Below, piece by piece: positions 6,544 to 14,940 of a stretch of 32,000 nucleotides of DNA. Under the pieces are notes generated by a model, which saw nothing but the letters and a program-made list of their open reading frames with translations, was not told the origin of the DNA and ran no database searches. Where the stretch lies: positions 1 to 32,000 of the forward strand of contig JAUVLO010000004.1 of assembly GCA_030600695.1 (NCBI GenBank), written 5' to 3'. The translations under genes were made by a program, and so were the position numbers. Each line of letters opens with the position of its first letter. Positions within the stretch are counted from its first letter, which is position 1. Origin of the DNA: Methanosarcinales archaeon (lineage in GTDB: Archaea > Halobacteriota > Methanosarcinia > Methanosarcinales > Methanocomedenaceae).

Positions 6544-7279
6544 TGATGAGCATCCCATCCTTATCGAATTTCAATGAGTTCGTAGTTCGCTGGTGCCATT
6601 CTTCACCAAGCTTCAAGGCTTCATCCCTGTTGAAATCACCTATCTCCACATCCTCGTCAGTGAATCCGGATATGGACGACATAGGTATGTACAGTTTCTC
6701 AGCCCCGTGCTTGAACACAAGATTCCCGGCATCAATGGAAATAGTCTCACCGATCCTCTGCCCGTGCTGCACCACGAACTTGCAGAGTATGTCCTGTTTT
6801 GATATGGGTTTTTCCTCATCCTGCCCCTGGTCGGGTGGTTGGGATTGAGGAGCTCTTAGTGGTTCGGCAGGTTGGGGTTGAGGGGCTTTTATTGGTGCGG
6901 CAGGTTCACCTGGCACTTCTTTTTCGGCCTGCGCCTTTGATGGAACCGGATGGGGTATGGACATCGAGTGCCAGTCCAGATCGTCATGTTTGTGTTCCCA
7001 TTTGCTGCCCACCTGCCTGCTCTGTTTTGTTTGATTTTCATCCTTCCCCGGGCTACCGGGTGCTGCCTCTGCACCTACACTTTTCTGTTCAACCGCAGAA
7101 CCCTGGGCAGAATGCACATTCCCGGCAGCTACTACTGGCTTTTTGTCTTCCCCGGCAACTACCACCGGCTTCTTATCTTCACCGGTAGTTGCTACCTGCT
7201 TCTTATCTTTCCCGGCAGCACCGGAATCATCTGTCCCACATCGCCCTATTAGTTTGTTGAAAGTGTCTTTAAATCCCAT
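6536..7279 (-). CDS. Hypothetical protein with a disordered repeat-rich N-terminal two-thirds and a compact C-terminal domain
   Basis: 247 aa. Contains 10-aa tandem repeats GKDKKQVATT/GEDKKPVVVA/GEDKKPVVAA and a PQ-rich stretch. The C-terminal ~85 aa (KFVVQHGQRIGETISIDAGNLVFKHG...) looks globular. Lies in an apparent operon with pth2. Confidence 0.6.
   Translation of the reverse strand: MGFKDTFNKLIGRCGTDDSGAAGKDKKQVATTGEDKKPVVVAGEDKKPVVAAGNVHSAQGSAVEQKSVGAEAAPGSPGKDENQTKQSRQVGSKWEHKHDDLDWHSMSIPHPVPSKAQAEKEVPGEPAAPIKAPQPQPAEPLRAPQSQPPDQGQDEEKPISKQDILCKFVVQHGQRIGETISIDAGNLVFKHGAEKLYIPMSSISGFTDEDVEIGDFNRDEALKLGEEWHQRTTNSLKFDKDGMLIND
7121..7210. repeat. In-gene tandem repeat, 3 x 30 nt
   Basis: cccggcagctactactggctttttgtcttc / cccggcaactaccaccggcttcttatcttc / accggtagttgctacctgcttcttatcttt. 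These encode the 10-aa repeats of the 6536..7279 protein. Confidence 0.85.
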
Positions 7280-7288
7280 CCTTTATCC

Positions 7289-8437
7289 CTACCAGTGTAT
7301 TCGTTTCATGTATTTTTCATCCACACCAAGGAAATCAATGGCTGAAGCAATAATGGCATTAGTGAATATGTATGAGTTGATCTCAGAGATCGATAGACGC
7401 ATCTGGTTCATCTTTGTTGTTGTGATCTTACTGGGTGTCTTGTCGTGGAAGATGCCCATGTCTCCTTCTTCCACAGGTATGAAAATGATATTATCCTCAT
7501 ATCCCCATTCTTCCAGGAGTTCAACCATCCTGGAACTTTTATTTACAGTAATAGGGAACACGTCCACTCCTTTGCTGCGTGCCTTCATCATCCCTTCCAC
7601 GATCTCCCTGGTATTACCGCTTCCGCTGATGGGAATATATACGTCGCCCCTGACAAAACTGGGCGTGGTGGCATCGCCTTTAATGTAGACATGCTGGCCC
7701 AGGTGTGTCAAACGCATTCCAAAGGCTTTTGCCACGAACCCTGACCGTCCCACGCCATCCACTATGAAATGCCCCCTGCGGTTCAGCAGCTTTTCAATCC
7801 ATGAACGCAGGTATCCATCATCAATATCCCGGAGCAGCCTGGCATTCCTTAGATAGTGGTCTATCTGCTGGTAATATTGACTGACATCGCCGCTGTCCAG
7901 GACAGGCAGTATGCTGTTCAGCATAGTACACAGTTTTAGTTCGAACTCAGAACCCATGACTGCCAGTTCGCTGGGCTTTTCCAGTTTTATATCTTCAAGC
8001 AGGAAGACAAAACCGTTATGTGATTTTATTTTTTTATATGCAGGCGAGTCGGTCTTGGTAGTGATAAGTATCTCACTTGCACCCAGGCGGTGGGCATCTT
8101 CAAGATAGTTATTAACACTTTCAGTGCCTCCCGAGCCCGATGCAGATAATACCATGTTGGACCTGTCAGGGTCAAAGTAGCGGCGGATGGGGTCGTCAAG
8201 GGTGGCAGGGAAAAGCTGTTCATATTTCAATAACTGGTGGAGAAAATCATATAGGGCCAGTGCACTCCTGCCCTCACCGATACCGTATATGACCTTTTGT
8301 TTTGTATCGGCCTGGAAAATGAAGTTTCTCAGGACTTTTATCAGGCCGCCAATCTCTTCCTCAGGGATATGCTTGAGTTGTTCAAGAAATTGGAGCTGGA
8401 TGTCGATCGAATCATAGAATTTAGCAGTGGAAGTCAT
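7289..8437 (-). CDS. Tandem double SIS-domain protein (two 6-phospho-3-hexuloisomerase-like sugar-phosphate-binding modules)
   Basis: The N-terminal half has GIGEGRSA...VLSASGSGGTES. The C-terminal half has VDGVGRSGFVAKAFGMRLTHLG...IPISGSGNTREIV. Both are SIS/PHI-type motifs. Confidence 0.7.
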   Translation of the reverse strand: MTSTAKFYDSIDIQLQFLEQLKHIPEEEIGGLIKVLRNFIFQADTKQKVIYGIGEGRSALALYDFLHQLLKYEQLFPATLDDPIRRYFDPDRSNMVLSASGSGGTESVNNYLEDAHRLGASEILITTKTDSPAYKKIKSHNGFVFLLEDIKLEKPSELAVMGSEFELKLCTMLNSILPVLDSGDVSQYYQQIDHYLRNARLLRDIDDGYLRSWIEKLLNRRGHFIVDGVGRSGFVAKAFGMRLTHLGQHVYIKGDATTPSFVRGDVYIPISGSGNTREIVEGMMKARSKGVDVFPITVNKSSRMVELLEEWGYEDNIIFIPVEEGDMGIFHDKTPSKITTTKMNQMRLSISEINSYIFTNAIIASAIDFLGVDEKYMKRIHW

Positions 8438-8535
8438 GTCTTGTTCTTCACCGGATTATATTTTCATTCTGTATATAGTAGCGTCATAACATAATATAAT
8501 AATGTTTATAGGTGGTAAGACCACAGAGAAAAAAT

Positions 8536-9492
8536 ATGGATATTTCAGATCATCCAAAGGTGCGTCTCAGGGATTTTATTATTACCAGGGAAGGGTGGAT
8601 ATTCTCATCAGCCGATTACCACCACCCTGAAGGTGTCAGGGGCGTGCTGCGCTATGTACCTGACCCTGAAGGCGAGCGTACAGACGGCACCCGGAATTAC
8701 CGGAAATACGATTTTGACGAAGCATATGATTACATGGAGCTCCACAAGCCAGAGTGGGTGCAGGATGTCCACATCATACCATGGGACCAGGTCGAGCGGG
8801 TGTTGAGCCCCACGGACCGACTGGCAGGGATATGGCGCTCTGACCCAAGGATCGAAGAGATAACCAGGACCCTGCTGGAGGCTGGGATTCCCATGGACAG
8901 TATAGGAATAACAGGGTCATTCCTGCCCGGCCTGCAGATAAGTGTTTCCGACATTGATCTTGTGGTATATGGTCCCATGTGGTTCAGGGCCAGGGATATA
9001 ATAGCCAGGGCAAAGGACGATCCCCACAGCAGCATCGAGCACCTGGATGAGGGGATGTGGGAGCGTATCTACAATAAGCGAATTCCTGAGATCAGTTTTG
9101 AGGAGTTCAAACTCCATGAGATGAGAAAGGGTAACAGGGGAATGATTGGAGATACATATTTCGATCTGCTGTTTGTCAGGGACTGGGACCAGGTCAGTGA
9201 ACCAACGGGCAGGGGTGCGGACATGGGTCATGAGACCATAGAGGCGGTGGTGACAGATTCAGAACTGGCTTTTGACAGCCCTTCGGTCTATAAGGTGGAT
9301 CATCCCGTGATCGAGTATGTGCTATCCTACACCCATACCTATGCCGGGCAGGCACTGGCAGGCGAGACCATAGAGGCCAGGGGCATGGTAGAAGAGGTGA
9401 ATGGTCACAGGCGGCTGGTCGTGGGTACCAGCAGGGAACCAAAAGGTGAATGGATACGCTCGCTGACCCTGCTTGGGTCTTCCGGACAATAG
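8536..9492 (+). CDS. Predicted nucleotidyltransferase (Pol-beta superfamily fold)
   Basis: ITGSFLPGLQISVSDIDLVVYGP is a GS...DxD NTase signature. I prefer the ATG at 8536 within track ORF 8512..9492. Confidence 0.6.
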   Translation: MDISDHPKVRLRDFIITREGWIFSSADYHHPEGVRGVLRYVPDPEGERTDGTRNYRKYDFDEAYDYMELHKPEWVQDVHIIPWDQVERVLSPTDRLAGIWRSDPRIEEITRTLLEAGIPMDSIGITGSFLPGLQISVSDIDLVVYGPMWFRARDIIARAKDDPHSSIEHLDEGMWERIYNKRIPEISFEEFKLHEMRKGNRGMIGDTYFDLLFVRDWDQVSEPTGRGADMGHETIEAVVTDSELAFDSPSVYKVDHPVIEYVLSYTHTYAGQALAGETIEARGMVEEVNGHRRLVVGTSREPKGEWIRSLTLLGSSGQ

Positions 9493-9570
9493 TAGTATAC
9501 TGAACTGTATCCTCAAAAAGAAGTGACTTTTTAATTTATTCTGGATAAATGGATCGTGGCAAAAAAGATT

Positions 9571-9640
9571 CACCGCAGAGGACACAGAGAGGCGCAGAGA
9601 TGTGTTGTTTTTCTCTGTGTGCCTTTTTGCTCTATGCGGT
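9571..9640 (+). repeat. Decayed CGCAGAG-unit stuttered hairpin followed by an ATATATATTT box (A-type module in + sense)
   Basis: caccgcagaggacacagagaggcgcagag-atgtgttgttttt-ctctgtgtgcctttttgctctatgcggt, then ...gtgatatatattttatcc about 60 nt downstream. Confidence 0.6.
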
Positions 9641-9766
9641 TTTTTGAATAGTCCCAGTAAATAATAAAAAGTCTCGTAATTCATGGCAACAGTGATATAT
9701 ATTTTATCCACTGCCGAAATTTTCCGAGTCCTAAAGAATCGACCCGGCATCCTTTCATTTTAATAA

Positions 9767-9994
9767 CATGACTGTGACATCACAGCAGACACAATCCTTA
9801 CTATCGTACCCGCCACCGCAGGTTCGCTCATAATGGTCTCGCTGGTGGTGCTACTGCAGCAACTGATCTACCATCTCCCACCCGCACTGGTGCTGGTTCT
9901 TTCGGTCGGGGTGGGTCCGGTATCGTATTCCGTGTTCATCTGGTTGACGCAGAAAGAAGAGATAGGGGAGATCAAGCGGTTGATTAGAGGCTGA
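9767..9994 (+). pseudogene. C-terminal remnant of a Wzx/MOP-type polysaccharide flippase
   Basis: The frame opens after TAA at 9764-66 and reads ...AGSLIMVSLVVLLQQLIYHLPPALVLVLSVGVGPVSYSVFIWLTQKEEIGEIKRLIRG*. Two terminal TM helices plus a charged tail are typical of flippase C-termini. There is no upstream body. Confidence 0.4.
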
Positions 9995-10221
9995 ACTTGA
10001 GCTAAGAGATGTTACCCAAACCGACGCACCAACCGCGTGCGGTCCACCTGCATCAAACAGAACATGCGAGACACCAATCTAACGAGAATCTGGATTGTTG
10101 TTACCACCCTTGGCCTTGGGTTGCTTGACAGAAAAGATTTGTGACAGGTTATGAGCAAATTACTGGATTATATGATAATGCCGTATAAGGGAATTTCTTT
10201 TTGAATTCGATGTGGGATGAG

Positions 10222-10827
10222 TTAGTATTCAAGCATGACTTTTGCTTTTATTTGAGCTACATCTTGTTCTATCATTGAAATCCTCTCATCAAAATGAGAC
10301 CTAAAATCATCTTTAGTGGAGCGGATTTCGGATGTTATTTCTATTCTGTTTTGATCGATTTTACCACTAAGATTATCTCCAAGATGATCGATCTTACCAC
10401 CAAGATAATCGATCTTACCACCAAGATTATCTCCAAGATAATCGATCTTACCACCAACTCCATCGATTTTTTGGCTGAGATTTGAGTTCATTTCTCTCAT
10501 ATATCTCACTGCTGCATCCATTCTTTCGTAAGTTGCTGTGGTCAGGTCTTCTTCTCTAATAACATCAAATGTTCTATACTCACCAGTTGGCTTTTTATAA
10601 ACCACGTCAATTTTTTCTACGCGTATAGGGTACTGAGTAATATTAATTTTTTCAAGCAATTCTTTGATATCGTCTTCTTTCCCTTCTGAGATAATCTGCA
10701 CTGTCCCGTCATCAAGATTTTTAACATATCCATTAAGATTCAGATTAAAAGCGATCTCATCAATGAAATCTCTGAAACCTGCTTTCTGAACTCTACCGTA
10801 TACTATGATCTCTGCACGTTTTTCCAT
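10222..10827 (-). CDS. Acylphosphatase-like domain fused to a 7/11-residue tandem-repeat and coiled-coil C-terminal region
   Basis: The N-terminus AEIIVYGRVQKAGFRDFIDEIAFNLNLNGYVKNLDDGTVQIISEG is the acylphosphatase signature. The C-terminus holds repeats GVGGKID/YLGDNLGGKID/YLGGKID/HLGDNLSGKID. Confidence 0.75.
   Translation of the reverse strand: MEKRAEIIVYGRVQKAGFRDFIDEIAFNLNLNGYVKNLDDGTVQIISEGKEDDIKELLEKINITQYPIRVEKIDVVYKKPTGEYRTFDVIREEDLTTATYERMDAAVRYMREMNSNLSQKIDGVGGKIDYLGDNLGGKIDYLGGKIDHLGDNLSGKIDQNRIEITSEIRSTKDDFRSHFDERISMIEQDVAQIKAKVMLEY
10354..10470. repeat. In-gene tandem repeat with alternating 33-nt and 21-nt units
   Basis: atcgattttaccactaagattatctccaagatg / atcgatcttaccaccaagata / atcgatcttaccaccaagattatctccaagata / atcgatcttaccaccaactcc. 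Confidence 0.9.
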
Positions 10828-10926
10828 ACCAAACCTATTTTCTTAAAAGAATATAAACGTTGTTCTCTGTTTGTTTTTGGCCTCACACATGAAAATTAAG
10901 TATATGGAGACAAATGGCTGCCAGCT

Positions 10927-11145
10927 GTGGCAGTGCTTCAGGTGCTCTGCCTCTACGGACTGAGCAGTGCATACCTGAAAACCACAGAAAACCTCTATCT
11001 CGCAGCCGGACAGCCCAAGATCATGACAAAGATCAACCTTTTGCAGCTTATCTTAATGGCAGTACTGATCTATCCCTTAACCCTCAGATACGGCATCCCC
11101 GGAATAGGAATAGCAGCGGCAGTACCGCCCGCGCTGGTACTTTAG
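10927..11145 (+). pseudogene. Internal fragment of a Wzx/MOP-type flippase
   Basis: ...LYLAAGQPKIMTKINLLQLILMAVLIYPLTLRYGIPGIGIAAAVPPALVL* resembles the penultimate TM pair of flippases. It has no N-terminal body and ends at TAG, after which plausible hydrophobic sequence continues. Confidence 0.35.
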
Positions 11146-11332
11146 ATCGGCCTGGGTGCGGTAAGTCAACAGACTGTTGTTATTGTAAATACACTGTGGT
11201 ATATTTAGGCATTCCTAAGTATATAGTTTGTGAAAGATTTACAAGGCTTTTATTGCGAACAATGAATAACTCTTTATACTCAAATTATTCTGGCAAATGG
11301 GAGGATTTTCGTGGTGACTTTATGGACCTGAT

Positions 11333-11469
11333 TTACAGGATGCACAGGATGCACAGGATGAGGATGTCAACCAATATCCTGTAAATCCCGTAAATCCTGT
11401 CTGAAGATTTGATTGAATTTAAGAAAATTACTTATATCGATATCGAAATGCGTTTATACTTTCCTATAC
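11333..11469 (-). repeat. E1 repeat, inverted copy, with an ACAGGAT-unit hairpin (11335-11401)
   Basis: The reverse complement reads tgtataggaaagtataaacgcatttcgatatcgatataagtaattttc...tcaatcaaatcttcagacaggatttacgggatttacaggat... Confidence 0.8.
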
Positions 11470-11676
11470 ATTAAATAAAATTATAAATAAATGAATTCTT
11501 GAGATTTGCAGCTATTCCGCAATCAGGCAATTTTCTTAAAAACCATTGACCTTCTATAAAATTAGCACTCAAAATGTTCTTTAGAGACAACATTCATCCA
11601 GGCAAGTAGTCACTCGTTGACGATTATAATTGTCCGGATGCGTTTTGAACACAAAAATCAAGAAAAACTGGCTAAC

Positions 11677-13485
11677 ATGAAAGATATAATTACAAGCTCC
11701 AGGGAAGAATTGGCAAGATTATTATGGAAGTCTGACCCTACTATTCACAGGATACTGAAGAATAGTATTAACTTCCATGATTCCAGGAATGAGATTTTCC
11801 GTTATTTAAATGGTATAGATGCATCATTGTTCACAATATATTCCCATAGTAAACAGGATATGAATATCCTGGAAAAAAAGAATGCGCGGGATTGCATAAG
11901 GGTTCTAAAGACCATTTTGCGGACCCAAAATGAAAAACAAACACATTTCTCGGCTCTAAGGGCTTTGTATAGCATTGCAAAGAAAAACAAGGTACCTAAG
12001 AATATCAGTGAGGGGTTCCTTTTCGAGTTTATTTACCTGTTCAGGGGAATTAATGGGAATTCCGGGTTATTGGCTGAAAAAGAAAAACCTCCATTTCTAG
12101 ATCTCGATGGAATGGATGCCGCCCTTGAGAGAACAAAGTTCCTTGATGATTATTCTAAAAGAATGGACCTGTCTTTTAAGAAATACAGGACCGGTCTGGA
12201 CCATGACCTGGTCCCTGAAAGAGATGATATGAAAAAACGTATTTTACAGCAATTCGGTGGAGATGAGGAGGACTGGACTGACTACAAATGGCACCTGGGC
12301 CATATTATTTCTGATATTGATACGCTCCAAAATGTGGTAACATTGGACAGGGGGGAAATACGTGGTCTTAAATTAGCTATTGAAAATAATATCCCGTTCC
12401 AGATAACACCGTATTACTTATCCTTATTTGACAGGGAGAACCGGAAACAATATGACCATTCTATAAGGGCACAGGTGCTGCCCAGTGAGACGTACTGCCA
12501 GAACTATTTAAAGAGCATCCGGACAGGGGCAAGCCTGGATTTCATGGATGAGGCTTCGACCAGCCCTATTGAAACCATTACCAGGAGATATCCTAAGATA
12601 CTTATTTTAAAACCGTTTCAATCATGCCCACAGATTTGTGTCTATTGCCAGAGGAACTGGGAGATCAAAAGTCTTCAGGATGGTAGTATAACGAAGGAGA
12701 CTACATTAAAGGCGATTGACTGGATAAAAGCCAATCCGCATATCAGCGAAGTGCTGGTAACGGGAGGCGACCCGTTGACGCTGAACGATTCCATTCTTGA
12801 CAGGCTCCTTGGCATGATCTCTGACATCGAACATGTGGAACGGATCAGGATTGGGACCCGGACGCTGGTAACACTGCCTTTCAGGTTTACAGACAACCTG
12901 ATCGATATCTTTAGTAAATATCACAAGCTGGGGAAACGGGACGTGTGCATCGTGACACATTTCCAGCATCCTACTGAGATCACTCCTGACACTATTGATG
13001 CGGTGTCAAGGATCAAGAAACAGGGCATTAATATTTACAACCAGCAGGTTTTTACTTATTATAACAGTAAGAAGTTCGAAAGTTGCCTGCTTAGAAAAAC
13101 CATGACGAGATCAGGTATCGATCCCTATTATACTTTTAACACCAAGGGCAAGGAAGAGACTATAGATTACCGTGTACCTATCTCAAGGCTTGAGCAGGAA
13201 CGACATGAAGAAGCCAGGCTCCTCCCAGGACTGGAGCGAACTGATGAGTCGGTGTTCAATGTACCCAGGCTGGGTAAGTCCCACCTGAGGGCGTGGCAGG
13301 ACCATGAGGTGATCATGATACTTCCGGATGGCAGGCGTGTGTACCGGTTTTATCCATGGGAGTCCAAGATGGAGCTTGTGGAGCCTTATAATTATGTGGA
13401 TGTGTCCATATACCGCTATTTAAAACGGTTGTATTATGATGGCGAGGATGTTGATGAGTATAAGTCCATATGGTATTATTTCTGA
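11677..13485 (+). CDS. KamA-family (lysine 2,3-aminomutase-like) radical SAM/PLP enzyme with a ~215-aa extra N-terminal region
   Basis: CPQICVYCQRNW is the CxxxCxxC cluster. WTDYKWHLGHII...IPFQITPYYLSLFD is the KamA N-terminal motif. VTGGDPL is present, and NVPRLGKSH carries a candidate PLP lysine. I prefer the ATG at 11677 within track ORF 11617..13485. Confidence 0.8.
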   Translation: MKDIITSSREELARLLWKSDPTIHRILKNSINFHDSRNEIFRYLNGIDASLFTIYSHSKQDMNILEKKNARDCIRVLKTILRTQNEKQTHFSALRALYSIAKKNKVPKNISEGFLFEFIYLFRGINGNSGLLAEKEKPPFLDLDGMDAALERTKFLDDYSKRMDLSFKKYRTGLDHDLVPERDDMKKRILQQFGGDEEDWTDYKWHLGHIISDIDTLQNVVTLDRGEIRGLKLAIENNIPFQITPYYLSLFDRENRKQYDHSIRAQVLPSETYCQNYLKSIRTGASLDFMDEASTSPIETITRRYPKILILKPFQSCPQICVYCQRNWEIKSLQDGSITKETTLKAIDWIKANPHISEVLVTGGDPLTLNDSILDRLLGMISDIEHVERIRIGTRTLVTLPFRFTDNLIDIFSKYHKLGKRDVCIVTHFQHPTEITPDTIDAVSRIKKQGINIYNQQVFTYYNSKKFESCLLRKTMTRSGIDPYYTFNTKGKEETIDYRVPISRLEQERHEEARLLPGLERTDESVFNVPRLGKSHLRAWQDHEVIMILPDGRRVYRFYPWESKMELVEPYNYVDVSIYRYLKRLYYDGEDVDEYKSIWYYF

Positions 13486-13625
13486 GCGTTGTTTGATGGG
13501 CAATTTAATCTTGACGTTGCCAGATTAACTTTCTTAAATGTCAGGCAAACCATGCACGTTGCTTCTTAGTCATTCATTTGGGTAACCTGGCGTAGGGCTT
13601 CGTTTTCCGGGTGGTAAACAATGCC

Positions 13626-14102
13626 CTATAAAAGATCTAACAAATCATCCACAGTAATTATATCAACATTAATTAGTTCATAAACTCGTTCTTTAACGTT
13701 AAGAAGTGATTTCACATCCATAGTAACAAGCGGTATTGCATAATGATGTGCAAGTGCGACTATAGGTGCATCTTTTGGCTCTATTCTAAGTGCTTAGGCC
13801 AGTGCTATGTTTTCTTCCCTCCCTTTCACTTCTCTTAATACGGTTTTATCAAAGTCCAGTGGTGTGAATGTCGTTTTTACATAAGGTTCTCTAAATAAAG
13901 ACCAAATTGCAGTTTGGAGCAGATTGATATCCTTTCCGCTTTTGTGCCCTTCAAAAATGACATTATCACTAATTTCTTTTGCCAGATATGCAGAAATTAT
14001 TGGCTTGACATCTCCATTAAATATTTTTTCTAAAATATAGGTACATTTAGCGTCAGTTCTTAGAAATGCATGGATCCAGACACATGAATCTATTACAATC
14101 AT
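13626..14102 (-). pseudogene. vapC: VapC-type PIN-domain toxin interrupted by an in-frame TAA (13794-13796)
   Basis: Track ORF 13794..14102 (MIVIDSCVWI...) stops at TAA. The same frame continues for 55 codons: ALRIEPKDAPIVALAHHYAIPLVTMDVKSLL...DLL*. That segment carries the third and fourth conserved PIN acidic positions. Confidence 0.7.
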
Positions 14103-14470
14103 GCAGTTTCCTGCAACTCTTTATAGGCTTTTGCATATTTACTTTCTACTTCATTTTTCGTAATCTGTATAGATCTATCAATGGATTCTTTTGTATTTTC
14201 AGATCCAAGAGAGGATAGAATTTTCAGTGCTTCACTGGTTTTCATGGGTTTTTTCCATGCATTGAGCATGATTTTTTTCGTGTCCAGCGTTTCTTTGAAA
14301 AGATCAGATTTTAGATTATAGATGCTTAAGTCTTCTAAATAAGACAGGATTGCTTTTTTGACAAAATTCTCTCTGCTCTTTGTGGATTTTGATTGTATCG
14401 TTCTATCAATCTTGTGGGCTAAAAATTCGCCGATGTTAACTTTCGCTGCAGTTTCTGACATCCATATCAC
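14099..14470 (-). CDS. Putative VapB-type antitoxin (possible ribbon-helix-helix N-terminus)
   Basis: 123-aa ORF overlapping the PIN gene start by 4 nt. ...SRENFVKKAILSYLEDL resembles CopG/RHH helices. Confidence 0.55.
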   Translation of the reverse strand: MIWMSETAAKVNIGEFLAHKIDRTIQSKSTKSRENFVKKAILSYLEDLSIYNLKSDLFKETLDTKKIMLNAWKKPMKTSEALKILSSLGSENTKESIDRSIQITKNEVESKYAKAYKELQETA

Positions 14471-14940
14471 TGGTTAATAGTTAAACACTATCTTTTATAA
14501 ATGTTAACATCCGGAGATGGTGTCATATCTTTTGGCTGCATCCGGGGAGTCCTCAGGTTCGTGAATTAATTAAATTTCTCATTTAGGTTATTGTGGTGCT
14601 GCTCTATAATTCCACAGTGGGATGACCCCTTCCATACATCAATTGTTGCAAGCTTTAAATGTGTGGACTGGAATCTTTTCGTGACTATACATTTCCTCGA
14701 TCATTGTAAAAATTCAGTAAAATCTGTATGTATCGGATGAAAAATGATGACCAGAGAGCATTTCCCCCCTTCACTCCCACACCACACCCCGACCCATGGC
14801 CATCCTTTACTCCCGGCCGATGCTCCCGAGTCATCAATGCAATCCCGGCGATGTACCAGCGGCGGCGGGCTGTCCTTACATCCACAGCCAGGGCTGTGTT
14901 CTGGCATTCCCTGCTCTATGGACTCGGGCCACATGAATCC

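Noticed and set aside
10914-11384. 156-aa + strand ORF spanning the flippase fragment and the E1 hairpin
   Set aside because: It is in a different frame from the flippase-like peptide. It ends in HRMHRMHRMRM, which is just the translated ACAGGAT tandem units. It is not credible as a gene.
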